A stretch of DNA of 64,000 nucleotides from a virus: positions 29,533 to 93,532 of IMG/VR virus record IMGVR_UViG_3300044712_000340. The stretch is one strand, 5' to 3'. This document shows positions 18,321-28,311 of the stretch, piece after piece (within the stretch, counting starts at the first letter, position 1; each line of letters begins with the position of its first letter). The notes beneath the pieces are model-generated. The model ran no database searches, was not told the origin of the DNA, and worked only from the letters and a program-made list of their open reading frames with translations. Made by a program: the position numbers and the translations under genes.

Positions 18321-18707
18321 ATGAAAAATATTGATAAAAATAATAAAGGTACAAGAGGAGGATTTAGTTTTCCTATATCTGATGAAGCTACTCCTGTAAC
18401 TACAGGTATAAAATATACAGATACTTTAATATATGGATTAGAATTAGAAGAAGTTTATGCTGTATGCAATGTAGCTCCTACAACTACAGATATAATTATA
18501 GATATGTTAAAGAATGGTATATCTATGTTAACAAATAAAATCATTATCCCTATAGGAACAACTACAAGTAGAAATACTACTACTCCTGCTGCTATAAATG
18601 ATAGTACTATACTAGATACAGATATAATAGCTTTTGAGATAATTCAAGGAGATGTAGCTGGTGCAGGTGTAAAAGTTCACGGTAAAGGATGGGAATTAAA
18701 TAACTAA
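18321..18707 (+). CDS. tail-fibre-associated beta-sandwich protein
   Basis: SDEATPVTTG...APTTTDIIIDMLKNG...GAGVKV pattern resembles phage fibre tip domains. Confidence 0.5.
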   Translation: MKNIDKNNKGTRGGFSFPISDEATPVTTGIKYTDTLIYGLELEEVYAVCNVAPTTTDIIIDMLKNGISMLTNKIIIPIGTTTSRNTTTPAAINDSTILDTDIIAFEIIQGDVAGAGVKVHGKGWELNN

Positions 18708-18709
18708 TT

Positions 18710-19441
18710 ATGATACAAATAGGAAATTCATATAATTTTGTAGTACCTGAACCAGTTATAACTTCAAATATAAAGTACGGAAGGTTGTATAATTGGTACG
18801 CAGTGAGTAATGCATTATTTGCTCCTGAAGGATGGCATGTTCCCACAGATGCAGAATACACTACATTAGGAAATTACCTTATTTCAAATGAATATAACTA
18901 CGATGGAACAACATCAGGGAATAAAATTGCCAAATCTATGTGTGATACTAAATATTGGTACACTACTACAAATGTAGGAACCCCAGGGAATACGGATTTT
19001 CCTTTGTTTAGAAATAAAAGTGGTCTAAATTACGTACCATCAGGGCAAAGAACTTCTTCCTTTAGTATGATTGAATGGTTTACATTTTTATGGAGCAGTA
19101 GTTCCATGAATGCAGATTTTTCTTACAGTAGAGATATAAGAACTGATACTGTTAATTTTCATTCTGGCTCTAATTATAAATATTATGGGTTTGCAGTAAG
19201 ACTAATCAAAGATGATTCCACATTAATTGATAATCTAACAGATTTAGAAGGTAATATTTATAGAACAGTAAAAATTGGAAACCAAGTATGGTTAGCAGAT
19301 AATTGGGCTTGTACTAAATTAAATGATGGTACACCGATTCCAAATGTAACAGATAACACAGAATGGGCGGGATTAGTAACTGGAGCTTATTGTAATTATG
19401 ATAATGATATAACTAATGTATTTATAGAAGTCCCTAACTAA
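18710..19441 (+). CDS. Fib_succ_major (FISUMP) domain protein, circularly permuted
   Basis: YGRLYNWYAV, PEGWHVPT..E, WSSS, GFAVRLIKD, then DLEGNIYRTVKIGNQVWLADN. Confidence 0.8.
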   Translation: MIQIGNSYNFVVPEPVITSNIKYGRLYNWYAVSNALFAPEGWHVPTDAEYTTLGNYLISNEYNYDGTTSGNKIAKSMCDTKYWYTTTNVGTPGNTDFPLFRNKSGLNYVPSGQRTSSFSMIEWFTFLWSSSSMNADFSYSRDIRTDTVNFHSGSNYKYYGFAVRLIKDDSTLIDNLTDLEGNIYRTVKIGNQVWLADNWACTKLNDGTPIPNVTDNTEWAGLVTGAYCNYDNDITNVFIEVPN

Positions 19442-22400
19442 TGAGAATAGATAAATATCCTAAAAGACCTGGAGGAGTTCAGGGAGATGAAGAAATAGTA
19501 ATAGTATGGGGTAGTGTAGGAGATCCAGGAGACCCTGACTATGTTCAAGGATTTACTTGGAAAGCTACTTTAGATGAAGTTCTTGCTTTATTTCAAGAAA
19601 CAGACCCTGTATTTAGTTCTAGTGCTTCTTTTGGAATAGATTCAACAGATATAAATAATTGGAATAATGCTTATGGATGGGGTAATCATGCAGATGCAGG
19701 TTATTTAACTTCAGAAAGTGATCCAGTATTTACTACTTGGATAAGTACAACACCCCCTGCCTACCCTGGCGATATTCCAACTAATACAAGTGATTTAGAT
19801 AATGATTCAGGATTTATTACTATCAATGATATACCTAGTGAAACAGATCCAGACTTTAATGCTTGGTTATCTGCTACGCCTCCTGCATATCCAGGAGATA
19901 TACCTACAGCTTTATCAGACCTAAGTGAAGACACTACTCATAGAACTGTAACAGATACTGAAAAATTTACTTGGAATGCTAAATTAAGTAGTGAAACAGA
20001 CCCACTGAGTTTACACTTAGATCAAACTGTACCTCAAACACTAATAAATGGTTCTCCTACAGTACAAGGGATTATATTTAATCAAACTACTGCTGAAACT
20101 AATGCACCAGGTAAATTATGGTGGAATGCAGCAGCTAAAACATTATCAATAGGATTAATTGATGGAGGGTCTTTTGAATTAGGACAAGAATTAGCAGATA
20201 ATTATACATTTTCTACAGGTACTCCTCATGAAGGAGACATAGTATCTATAGTTACTGGCGCAGGGAATCAAGATTATGTTGCTTTAACAGATGCTACAAA
20301 TAAAATATCTGCTTATACCTGTATAGGTATGATAACATCTGTATTTAATACAAATAAAGTAAGGGTAACTAAGATAGGTAAAATACATGATGTAAATACT
20401 AATTCATTTACTGAAGGTGATATATTATATGTAGACCCTGCAAATCCTGGAAAAATTATAAATACAATACCTACTTCACCTAATTATAGTATATCAGTAG
20501 GTGTAGTATCAGTTAAATCATCGACAGTAGGTGTTGTAGACTGTCACATATCTATAATACCAAGATTACAAGATTTATCTGATATAAATGGAACAGCATT
20601 AACTCAAGATGGTCAATTTGCTGTATGGAATAATACAACTAAATTATTTGACTTTACTTCTAAAGTATCTGACTTTGCTACATCATCTCACAATCACATA
20701 CACAACAACTTAGATAGTATAGAAGGTGGAGACACCTCTCATAGATATCATTCAGACCAACAAATAAACAAAACAAATGATGTAGAATTTAATACAATTA
20801 AATCTACAGTTCTTGCTACTACAGAAGTAGATAGAGGTACAGACTCTAAAATGGGTACTGGTATACCTGATATAGAAAAAAAGAAATTTAAGATAATAAC
20901 TTCATATAATTCAGGCACTAATCAAATAACAGTTAGTGTTGCTTTTGTAGGAGCTTATACTTCCTTTACTTATTACATTAATAATAAAAGATTTACTGTA
21001 ACAGCATCTAATATAGCTGCATATACTCAAACTGCTACAGCAGCAGAAAGAGGTTGGTTCTTTTATATTAATCAAAACACCGCAAGTGCTGACACACCTG
21101 TAATGGTACTAACACAAACACCTTGGGGGATATCTGATCCAGATGTTTTACTATGGAGTCAATCATGGGACGACACTAACAAAGAATTTCTATGGATAGG
21201 CCATGAAAAACATACATATGGTAGAGATATATTCAATCATGCAAGAAACCACGCTCAAGGAGCAGTATATCATTCAGGATTTTTATTTAGTCAGTATAAC
21301 GGATTAACTAACTTCTCTGGTAATACAGATGATAACTTTGGTAGAGCTTTTACACAAATTGCTGGTGGTTACTTCTTTGATGAAGATTTAAAGAATGGTA
21401 TTGCACATTCAGATACAGCTATTAGTGCTTCATTAGCTAATCCAGAAACAGATTGGGATAAGTTTGTATATCAATTTTTGGGATTTAATGCTTTAGCAAC
21501 TACAGGAACAACAACTACATCTATTGTATTTGGTTCTTCCCATACCTTAGTTACTGGGCAAGCTGTAACTGTAATGGCTGGTAATACTACAACAATTAGG
21601 GGTACAACCACTATAACTACAGGTGGTACAGGAACTACATTTGCAGTAACTTCTGTAACAGGACTTGTTTCAGGTGATATGATTGTATTAGGTGGTAGAA
21701 TACCAATATATTATATATCAGCAGTATCAGGTTCAAGCTACACATGGAGAAAATTATCTGCTACTTCATTCTTAGGTGTTACTACATCAGCAGCAACATG
21801 GACTAGAAGCACAACTACTGCAACAATTACTGCTACCAATCATGGTATGCAAACTGGGGATAAAATATCAGTTACAATATCTTCTGATGTTACTTCTATA
21901 CCACTTAAAGATTATGTAATTACAAGAACTGGTGTAAGTACTTTTACTATAACATGCTTAAATGCTGGTGGTGCAAGTGGTAGTATGACGTATTATAATG
22001 CTTATAATCCAACCACAATAGCTTCTGGTGTTGCTCAATATAATAATGCAGTAGCAGGATTATTTACAACCTGCAATGGTAATAGATATTATCCAATGTA
22101 TATTGCAGCAACAAATTTTATTAATGAGCCAATTATTGCAATACTTGGTCAAGGACAAAGCACTAACGCTACATTAGCTACAGCTTTAACAGAAGCCCCA
22201 TTTCAATTTACTAATTTAGTAGGTTTAAGTGGATTAGGAATACAAGAAATTGTCCCTATTTATAGACTTGTATTTCATTACAATACAACAGGCAGTTTTT
22301 CTAATACAAAGATAAAAGTAGTTAGTGTAACTTGGTTAGATATTAGAGTAGCAACAGTATCAGGAACAATAGTTTCTGGTGGTGGGACTTCAGATCATGC

Positions 22401-23325
22401 TTTGTTAACACATTTAGACTGGCCTAATAGTAATCATACAGGTACAGCAAGTACAATAGCTGGGTTTGATGCGGGTGGATTACCTACAACGTATGCGGCT
22501 TCATCATTAGGTGTACCTTATTTTGATGCAACTGTTGGTACTGGTGGTGATTATGCTACAATTACATTAGCTAATGCAGCAAGTAAAAGGGTACTAAAAC
22601 AAGTTGGAAATATAGTAGAAACTACTGGTGACTTAGGAACAAATACTTTTGTTTTTGGCGATAAAAACTATACTATAACTATACCAGCAGCTTCAACAGG
22701 AACAGTTAAATTTTTAAATTGTTTTTTAATCATAACTGGAGGTACTGATTTAATTGCTAAAATAGAATTATCTACAGTTACATTTTCTGGTGGAGCTTTT
22801 AATAGCACATCTACAGTAATTTCTAATAGTACTATTATTCATAACAGTGGGCTTGGGCCATACAGAGCTAGTATTAGTAATTGTGTAATCACTTTAAGCA
22901 TATCAATATATTTACAATTTACTGTTAATACCTTAATAACTGGAAATTATAATATTACAAATGGTGGTTATATGAGTAATTGTACTTACACCGGCACTGC
23001 TAATATATCACAAGTGACAATGAGTAATTGTTCTGTTTTAAATGGAACTGTTTATTGTAACGCTGGAGTATCTGTTATAGGTTCAAAAATAAAAGACTTG
23101 ACTATTGGTACAGTAAATGCAGGAATAGTAAATTCTAATGTTATTACAGGGAATGTTGTTATAAGTGGAACTGATTATAATATATTTACATCAAATCAAG
23201 TAACTGGAACTTTAACATTGAATTCTGGCTCAGAATATAATATAATAACTGGAAACAAAATAACAGGAGGAGTGATTAATAATTCTGGCAATTCAACAAA
23301 TGAAATTAATAATAACATTGGGTAA
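19441..23325 (+). CDS. long tail fibre / receptor-binding protein
   Basis: 1294 aa; ETDP repeats and WNNAYGWGNHADAGY at N-terminus; Thr/Gly-rich; C-terminal beta-helix-like Asn/Ile/Gly repeats. Confidence 0.75.
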   Translation: MRIDKYPKRPGGVQGDEEIVIVWGSVGDPGDPDYVQGFTWKATLDEVLALFQETDPVFSSSASFGIDSTDINNWNNAYGWGNHADAGYLTSESDPVFTTWISTTPPAYPGDIPTNTSDLDNDSGFITINDIPSETDPDFNAWLSATPPAYPGDIPTALSDLSEDTTHRTVTDTEKFTWNAKLSSETDPLSLHLDQTVPQTLINGSPTVQGIIFNQTTAETNAPGKLWWNAAAKTLSIGLIDGGSFELGQELADNYTFSTGTPHEGDIVSIVTGAGNQDYVALTDATNKISAYTCIGMITSVFNTNKVRVTKIGKIHDVNTNSFTEGDILYVDPANPGKIINTIPTSPNYSISVGVVSVKSSTVGVVDCHISIIPRLQDLSDINGTALTQDGQFAVWNNTTKLFDFTSKVSDFATSSHNHIHNNLDSIEGGDTSHRYHSDQQINKTNDVEFNTIKSTVLATTEVDRGTDSKMGTGIPDIEKKKFKIITSYNSGTNQITVSVAFVGAYTSFTYYINNKRFTVTASNIAAYTQTATAAERGWFFYINQNTASADTPVMVLTQTPWGISDPDVLLWSQSWDDTNKEFLWIGHEKHTYGRDIFNHARNHAQGAVYHSGFLFSQYNGLTNFSGNTDDNFGRAFTQIAGGYFFDEDLKNGIAHSDTAISASLANPETDWDKFVYQFLGFNALATTGTTTTSIVFGSSHTLVTGQAVTVMAGNTTTIRGTTTITTGGTGTTFAVTSVTGLVSGDMIVLGGRIPIYYISAVSGSSYTWRKLSATSFLGVTTSAATWTRSTTTATITATNHGMQTGDKISVTISSDVTSIPLKDYVITRTGVSTFTITCLNAGGASGSMTYYNAYNPTTIASGVAQYNNAVAGLFTTCNGNRYYPMYIAATNFINEPIIAILGQGQSTNATLATALTEAPFQFTNLVGLSGLGIQEIVPIYRLVFHYNTTGSFSNTKIKVVSVTWLDIRVATVSGTIVSGGGTSDHALLTHLDWPNSNHTGTASTIAGFDAGGLPTTYAASSLGVPYFDATVGTGGDYATITLANAASKRVLKQVGNIVETTGDLGTNTFVFGDKNYTITIPAASTGTVKFLNCFLIITGGTDLIAKIELSTVTFSGGAFNSTSTVISNSTIIHNSGLGPYRASISNCVITLSISIYLQFTVNTLITGNYNITNGGYMSNCTYTGTANISQVTMSNCSVLNGTVYCNAGVSVIGSKIKDLTIGTVNAGIVNSNVITGNVVISGTDYNIFTSNQVTGTLTLNSGSEYNIITGNKITGGVINNSGNSTNEINNNIG
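19590..20010 (+). repeat. intragenic ETDP / PPAYPGDIPT repeats of fibre shaft
   Basis: Four E(T/S)DP units; two copies of W.S.TPPAYPGDIPT..SDL. Confidence 0.7.
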
Positions 23326-23329
23326 ATAA

Positions 23330-23929
23330 TTGATTATGAAACAATTAAATAACATACAAACAGGAGAAATTATCAGATACCAAAAATCTAAAGATTCAGG
23401 CATCTACTATAAAATATATGAAAACTCATTCATCATAGATGATAAAAAGTGTATTGACAAAAGATGTGACTACTTTGATGAAAATGTAGAACTAGACAAA
23501 ACACTGTTCGAAGGAGATACAGTTTCATTAAATGATGTAAAACATTATCAAACTTTATTAAAAATACAAGAATCAGAACCTAGTTGTATTCTTTCAGATG
23601 ATGAAAGAAACTGGTTTATACAAACAGGTTCAACAGGATTAGAAACTCTATTTAGACTATTTATACCTAACAAAGCATATGATAATGCATTAAGGGATAA
23701 AGACAAAGATGGTAGTGTAGATGAAATGGGTGAATACTATCCGCTTTGGCAAGTGATAAGTTACGGAACTGCTAATATTGACAGTAAGTTCAGTCAGATA
23801 ACTGATAACTCTATTGTGTTATATCTTGAGGAATTGAATGAACAGCATAGAGCTATTATTGAAATGTACTCTAAAGATAATGTGATAGTTGAAGATAAGT
23901 ATCCTGTAAATCCAATGTTGGGTGTGTAA
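23330..23929 (+). CDS. hypothetical protein (possible fibre chaperone)
   Basis: Acidic ~199-aa ORF directly after the fibre gene. Confidence 0.5.
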   Translation: MIMKQLNNIQTGEIIRYQKSKDSGIYYKIYENSFIIDDKKCIDKRCDYFDENVELDKTLFEGDTVSLNDVKHYQTLLKIQESEPSCILSDDERNWFIQTGSTGLETLFRLFIPNKAYDNALRDKDKDGSVDEMGEYYPLWQVISYGTANIDSKFSQITDNSIVLYLEELNEQHRAIIEMYSKDNVIVEDKYPVNPMLGV

Positions 23930-23941
23930 TAAATATGTTTT

Positions 23942-24742
23942 ATGGCGATAATTAGTAGGAATAATAGGATATTAATACCATTAAGTGATCCAGATGCTAG
24001 AACATTTATCTCTATCGCTGGTATTACGGATGGGACTCAGAAGGATGCTATTAATTATCTGGTGATAAATCTTAAACAATATAATTTATGGTCAAAAATG
24101 AAAGCTGTTTATCCATTTGTTGGTGGAACAGCTAGTACTCATAAATGGAATCTAAAAAATCCTGTTGATGCTAATTATGCTTATAGATTAACATTTTTTA
24201 ATTCATTTACACATTCTTCAACTGGTTGTAAAGGAGATGGGTCTTCTGCATACATTAATACATATATACAACCAAGTGTTAATCTTTTATCTAATAACGT
24301 ACATTTATCATTTTATGCAAGATATGACAATTTATCTGGGTATTTATTTAGTGCATCGGATAATAATCCAGATAAAACATTTAATTTATACGGTATAGTT
24401 CCTATTAGTTCTAGTATATATAGCTTTAATACTGATGGTATATTGACTAGTCCTGGACCAGGTAAGGGATTGATAATAGGTACTAGAACATCCTCATCTT
24501 ATCACGCATTATTTTTAAATGAAAATAAATTAACAAGTCAAATAACAAGTAGAGGGACAGCTCCAACGGTTTCAAATTTATTTATGTTTGTTTTTAGCAC
24601 TTTTAACAGTCCATCTAGCAATTATAGTGCAAATGAATGTGCATTTGCTTCAGTTGGTGATGGATTAAGTGATAGTGATTCGATAAATTTAAGTTTAATT
24701 GTTAAACAATATCAAGTAATTTTAAATAGAGCCGTAGTATGA
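23942..24742 (+). CDS. tail-associated lectin-like protein, paralog 1
   Basis: SKMKAVYPFVGGTASTHKWNLKNPVD...FASVGDGLSD...ILNRAV. Confidence 0.55.
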   Translation: MAIISRNNRILIPLSDPDARTFISIAGITDGTQKDAINYLVINLKQYNLWSKMKAVYPFVGGTASTHKWNLKNPVDANYAYRLTFFNSFTHSSTGCKGDGSSAYINTYIQPSVNLLSNNVHLSFYARYDNLSGYLFSASDNNPDKTFNLYGIVPISSSIYSFNTDGILTSPGPGKGLIIGTRTSSSYHALFLNENKLTSQITSRGTAPTVSNLFMFVFSTFNSPSSNYSANECAFASVGDGLSDSDSINLSLIVKQYQVILNRAVV

Positions 24743-25512
24743 TATACACCCTAAATCCAACAGCATACAACTTTGCTCTTGCAGCAAACATAACTGATAA
24801 GACACAGCTATGGGCATTACATCGTCTTGGTGAAGGACTTACTAAATACGGATTATTATCTAAGATGAAAGCTGTATATCCTTTTGTAGGAGGAACAGCA
24901 GATAAGCATAAATGGAATTTTGTTAATCCTGTTGATAGTGATGCTGCTTTTAGAATTACATGGACTGGTAATTGGGTCCATAATTCAGTTGGAATTGACC
25001 CAGATGGCTCTACTGCAATAGGAGATACATATTTTGATGTTTGGACAAATAGTATGCAAAATAATATACATTTATCATATTATACTGATGATAATACATT
25101 AGAACCAAATACAGGAGGTAGGTTTACATTCGGAAGTAGTATAGATACAAATAGAAATTGTTCTATTATAATAAATAGAGATGTTTATATTGTTGCATCA
25201 GACATAGGGACAGATGGGTCTATTGTAGCAATGGGAGGGAGTACAGCTATTAAAGGATTTGTTGTTGGTAATAGAACACCATTACCAACACATAGAGTTT
25301 ATTTAAACGGTATATTAAAGGGTTCAAAAAACGAGGCAACTACTGGAACACTATATAATCAAAATATAAGATTTGGAAAAGTAAATAATTCAGTTTATAC
25401 TACAATACGATGCTCTTTTGCTTCGATAGGTTTGGGGCTTACTGATACCGATGCTTTAAACCTCTATAATATAGTTCAAGAAATGAACCAAATTTTAAAT
25501 CGGGCTGTTTAA
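24739..25512 (+). CDS. tail-associated lectin-like protein, paralog 2
   Basis: SKMKAVYPFVGGTADKHKWNFVNPVD...FASIGLGLTD...ILNRAV. Confidence 0.55.
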   Translation: MIYTLNPTAYNFALAANITDKTQLWALHRLGEGLTKYGLLSKMKAVYPFVGGTADKHKWNFVNPVDSDAAFRITWTGNWVHNSVGIDPDGSTAIGDTYFDVWTNSMQNNIHLSYYTDDNTLEPNTGGRFTFGSSIDTNRNCSIIINRDVYIVASDIGTDGSIVAMGGSTAIKGFVVGNRTPLPTHRVYLNGILKGSKNEATTGTLYNQNIRFGKVNNSVYTTIRCSFASIGLGLTDTDALNLYNIVQEMNQILNRAV

Positions 25513-25549
25513 AAATCTTAATTAAAACTATTTATAACAAAACAATATA

Positions 25550-26458
25550 ATGGCAATTACAAATCAAACAAATCAACCTCAACAATTCAATCAACTTGCT
25601 GGAACCACTAACAGGATGGCTCAGGTTGATAGTGCTGGATTGTTAAGTGCAAGTCAGGATATAGTCAATGGTAAGATAACTGATGGAACGGTTATTACAC
25701 TGTTGACTACTGATACTAACTGGACAAGACTAGGTGCATATGTAGGGACTGCAATAACAGGAACTTATGAGGGTCAGTATTATGCAGACGGTAGTTATGA
25801 TTTTCTTGCTTATGCTGATAATACCTGGAGAAGAATTAAGAAGAATCAGGAAAGAAGTTACACAACCACAGCAACAGCAGCAGGAACAACTACTCTGACA
25901 GTATCATCTAGTTATATGCAATATTTTACAGGTACTACAACTCAAACTATTGTGATGCCTGATGTAACTACTTTAGTATTAGGGTTTCAGTTTAAGATTG
26001 TTAATCTTTCAACTGGAGTATTGACTGTTAATTCAAGCGGTAGTGATTTAATTACTACTATATCAATAGGTCAATCAGCTACAATAACTTGTATTGCAAT
26101 TCCAGGCACTACAGCAGCTAGTTGGGATAAAGAGATAGCAGGTAGAAAAGTACCAAGAATACAGAGTGTTACATCTTCTGCAACTGTTACACCTAATGTA
26201 GACACGGACGATGTAGTAGATATCACAGCTCAAGCAGTAGGTTTAACTATTGCTAATCCTACAGGTACTCCTGTAAATAAACAAGTGTTAATGATTGACA
26301 TTAAAGACAATGGAGGTGCGCAAACAATAGCTTTTGGAAATGCTTATGCTGCTGGTGGTACAGCATTACCTACAACAACTGTTGCAGGGTTACAAATGAG
26401 TATGGTATTTGTCTATACTAACTCATTATATAAATTAAGAAGTTTAGCACAAGAATAA
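25550..26458 (+). CDS. tail fibre subunit
   Basis: Thr-rich; TATAAGTTTLT..FTGTTTQTIVMP and IANPTGTPVNKQVL fibre-domain patterns. Confidence 0.6.
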   Translation: MAITNQTNQPQQFNQLAGTTNRMAQVDSAGLLSASQDIVNGKITDGTVITLLTTDTNWTRLGAYVGTAITGTYEGQYYADGSYDFLAYADNTWRRIKKNQERSYTTTATAAGTTTLTVSSSYMQYFTGTTTQTIVMPDVTTLVLGFQFKIVNLSTGVLTVNSSGSDLITTISIGQSATITCIAIPGTTAASWDKEIAGRKVPRIQSVTSSATVTPNVDTDDVVDITAQAVGLTIANPTGTPVNKQVLMIDIKDNGGAQTIAFGNAYAAGGTALPTTTVAGLQMSMVFVYTNSLYKLRSLAQE

Positions 26459-28050
26459 TGGCTACATACTATATAGATCCTTCAGGTACAGATTCAGCAG
26501 GTAGAAATGGAAGTGTAGGTCAGGAATGGGTATCACTATCATATGCATGTAGTAGAGTTACTGCATCTGGAAATACTATTTTTGTAAATGCAGGTACTTA
26601 TAATGAATCTTCTCAAAGCAATTTGTCAGTCGGGGTAAATATTGATGGAACTGGGAATACATCAATTATAAATTCAACATATGCTGGTGGATATACAATA
26701 AGACTTAATTCAACAGCAGGAACTTCTGGTAATCAGACTATTTCCAATATAAAAATGGATGGTAATAGTTACACTTCATATGGAGCTATTCAAGTATATG
26801 GTAGAAGTGATGTGATTATTCATGATTGTACTTTTGATAATTTCAGTGATTATGGATGTTCTTTTGATTCGGCAACTTTAAACAATGATAATTTCTTTAG
26901 TCCTCCTGCAAGTTTTGCTACTGGTAATCTGTTCTATAATAATACAATGAATAATTGTGGTGGTCAAGGTGGCACATCTGGAACTAATAGAGATGCCTTA
27001 CAGGTAAATGGTCAAGACGGAATGTTAATACATAATAACACAATTACAAATAACAAAGCAACATATTTAAATGGTAATTGCATTGGTGGGAGGAAAGGTT
27101 ATATTAAAAATGTAAAAATTTACAATAATACTTTAAATAAGACATTTGTTGAAGGAACTACGCCTTGGGATTTTGCAATTGAATTTTGGAATTATTTAGG
27201 TGGTGTTGAAATTTATGATAACAATATAAATGGATGTATTGATATTGGTGGATGGTCTAATGTAAAAGGAAGTTCAACTTATAGTTGTTGGATACACCAT
27301 AATAATATAGGTCAGAGTTCTTTGTTGGCTAGTCAAAATACTGTTGGTGTTATTATTGAAGGAGCTAATGATAGCGTGATTGTAGAAAAAAATCATATAT
27401 TTAATGTTGCTGGAGGGGTTAAATTTCCTATTGCTACAACAGGTAAGAATCAAACCAATATTAGAATAAGTTATAATCTAATGACTAATATAGGTTCAGC
27501 AACAAGTGGAACTTATTATGGATGGGGGATTAGGTGGTCAAATAGTGTATCAGGATGCAATGTAGATAACATTATGATATGGAATAATGTTATTATTGGT
27601 GCTGTTAATTCAAATAATACAATGTGGGGAATTAATTTACCTGCAATTGGTACAGCTTCAAATATTAGTATCAGAAACAATATAATAGAAAATTTTGAAT
27701 ACTATCCAATTTTTGGAAATGACCCTCAAAGTATTGGAGCGACTATTGATGTTTTAAATATTGATAATAATATTTTGTATGGTAATATTAGTAACACTAT
27801 AAATATAACAGGTATTGTACCAACAAATTATTCACATGTAAATAATCTAACAAGTAATCCATTATTCATATCGAGTTCAAATTTTCATTTACAATCTGGT
27901 AGTCCTGCAAAAGATGCTGGAATAGATGTAGGTTTAACTTCAGATTATGATGATCACACTGTACCTTATAATTTAGTACCAGATATAGGAGCCTTTGAGT
28001 ATTTTGTTGCTGCTATTGGATCAAAACATTTTTATGTATTATGTATGTAG
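26458..28050 (+). CDS. right-handed beta-helix (pectin-lyase-like) protein, candidate depolymerase
   Basis: TYYIDPSGTD, TIFVNAGTY, many I.NN.I repeats, FHLQSGSPAKDAG...PDIGAFEY. Confidence 0.75.
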   Translation: MATYYIDPSGTDSAGRNGSVGQEWVSLSYACSRVTASGNTIFVNAGTYNESSQSNLSVGVNIDGTGNTSIINSTYAGGYTIRLNSTAGTSGNQTISNIKMDGNSYTSYGAIQVYGRSDVIIHDCTFDNFSDYGCSFDSATLNNDNFFSPPASFATGNLFYNNTMNNCGGQGGTSGTNRDALQVNGQDGMLIHNNTITNNKATYLNGNCIGGRKGYIKNVKIYNNTLNKTFVEGTTPWDFAIEFWNYLGGVEIYDNNINGCIDIGGWSNVKGSSTYSCWIHHNNIGQSSLLASQNTVGVIIEGANDSVIVEKNHIFNVAGGVKFPIATTGKNQTNIRISYNLMTNIGSATSGTYYGWGIRWSNSVSGCNVDNIMIWNNVIIGAVNSNNTMWGINLPAIGTASNISIRNNIIENFEYYPIFGNDPQSIGATIDVLNIDNNILYGNISNTINITGIVPTNYSHVNNLTSNPLFISSSNFHLQSGSPAKDAGIDVGLTSDYDDHTVPYNLVPDIGAFEYFVAAIGSKHFYVLCM

Positions 28051-28116
28051 ATTAGAATTAATTATATAGTATTGTATACAGAAGGAAATATTATAAGTAA
28101 ATCTCATTGAGTTAAG

Positions 28117-28311
28117 ATGAAACTAGAAAGCACTAATTTCAATTATATTAGAGTTACAGAAAATAAAAATGTATATTATATTTTAGATCCTAAAAATATA
28201 GAGGAATTTATATATGGATATAATAATGACTTGTTATACCCTAATATAAAAACTTTAGTTTATAGAAATCTTACTATAGATATAAAAGATTCATTAATTT
28301 GTTTGAATTAA
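28117..28311 (+). CDS. hypothetical protein
   Basis: 64 aa; 3' end overlaps the convergent gene. Confidence 0.4.
   Translation: MKLESTNFNYIRVTENKNVYYILDPKNIEEFIYGYNNDLLYPNIKTLVYRNLTIDIKDSLICLN

Noticed and set aside
248-18861. Short - strand or alternative-frame ORFs (248, 599, 2585, 5835, 12913, 14762, 16593, 16750, 18607)
   Set aside because: Overlap better-supported + strand genes; shadow ORFs
18710-28311. Complete diversity-generating retroelement
   Set aside because: No reverse transcriptase, Avd or template repeat recognisable in the window
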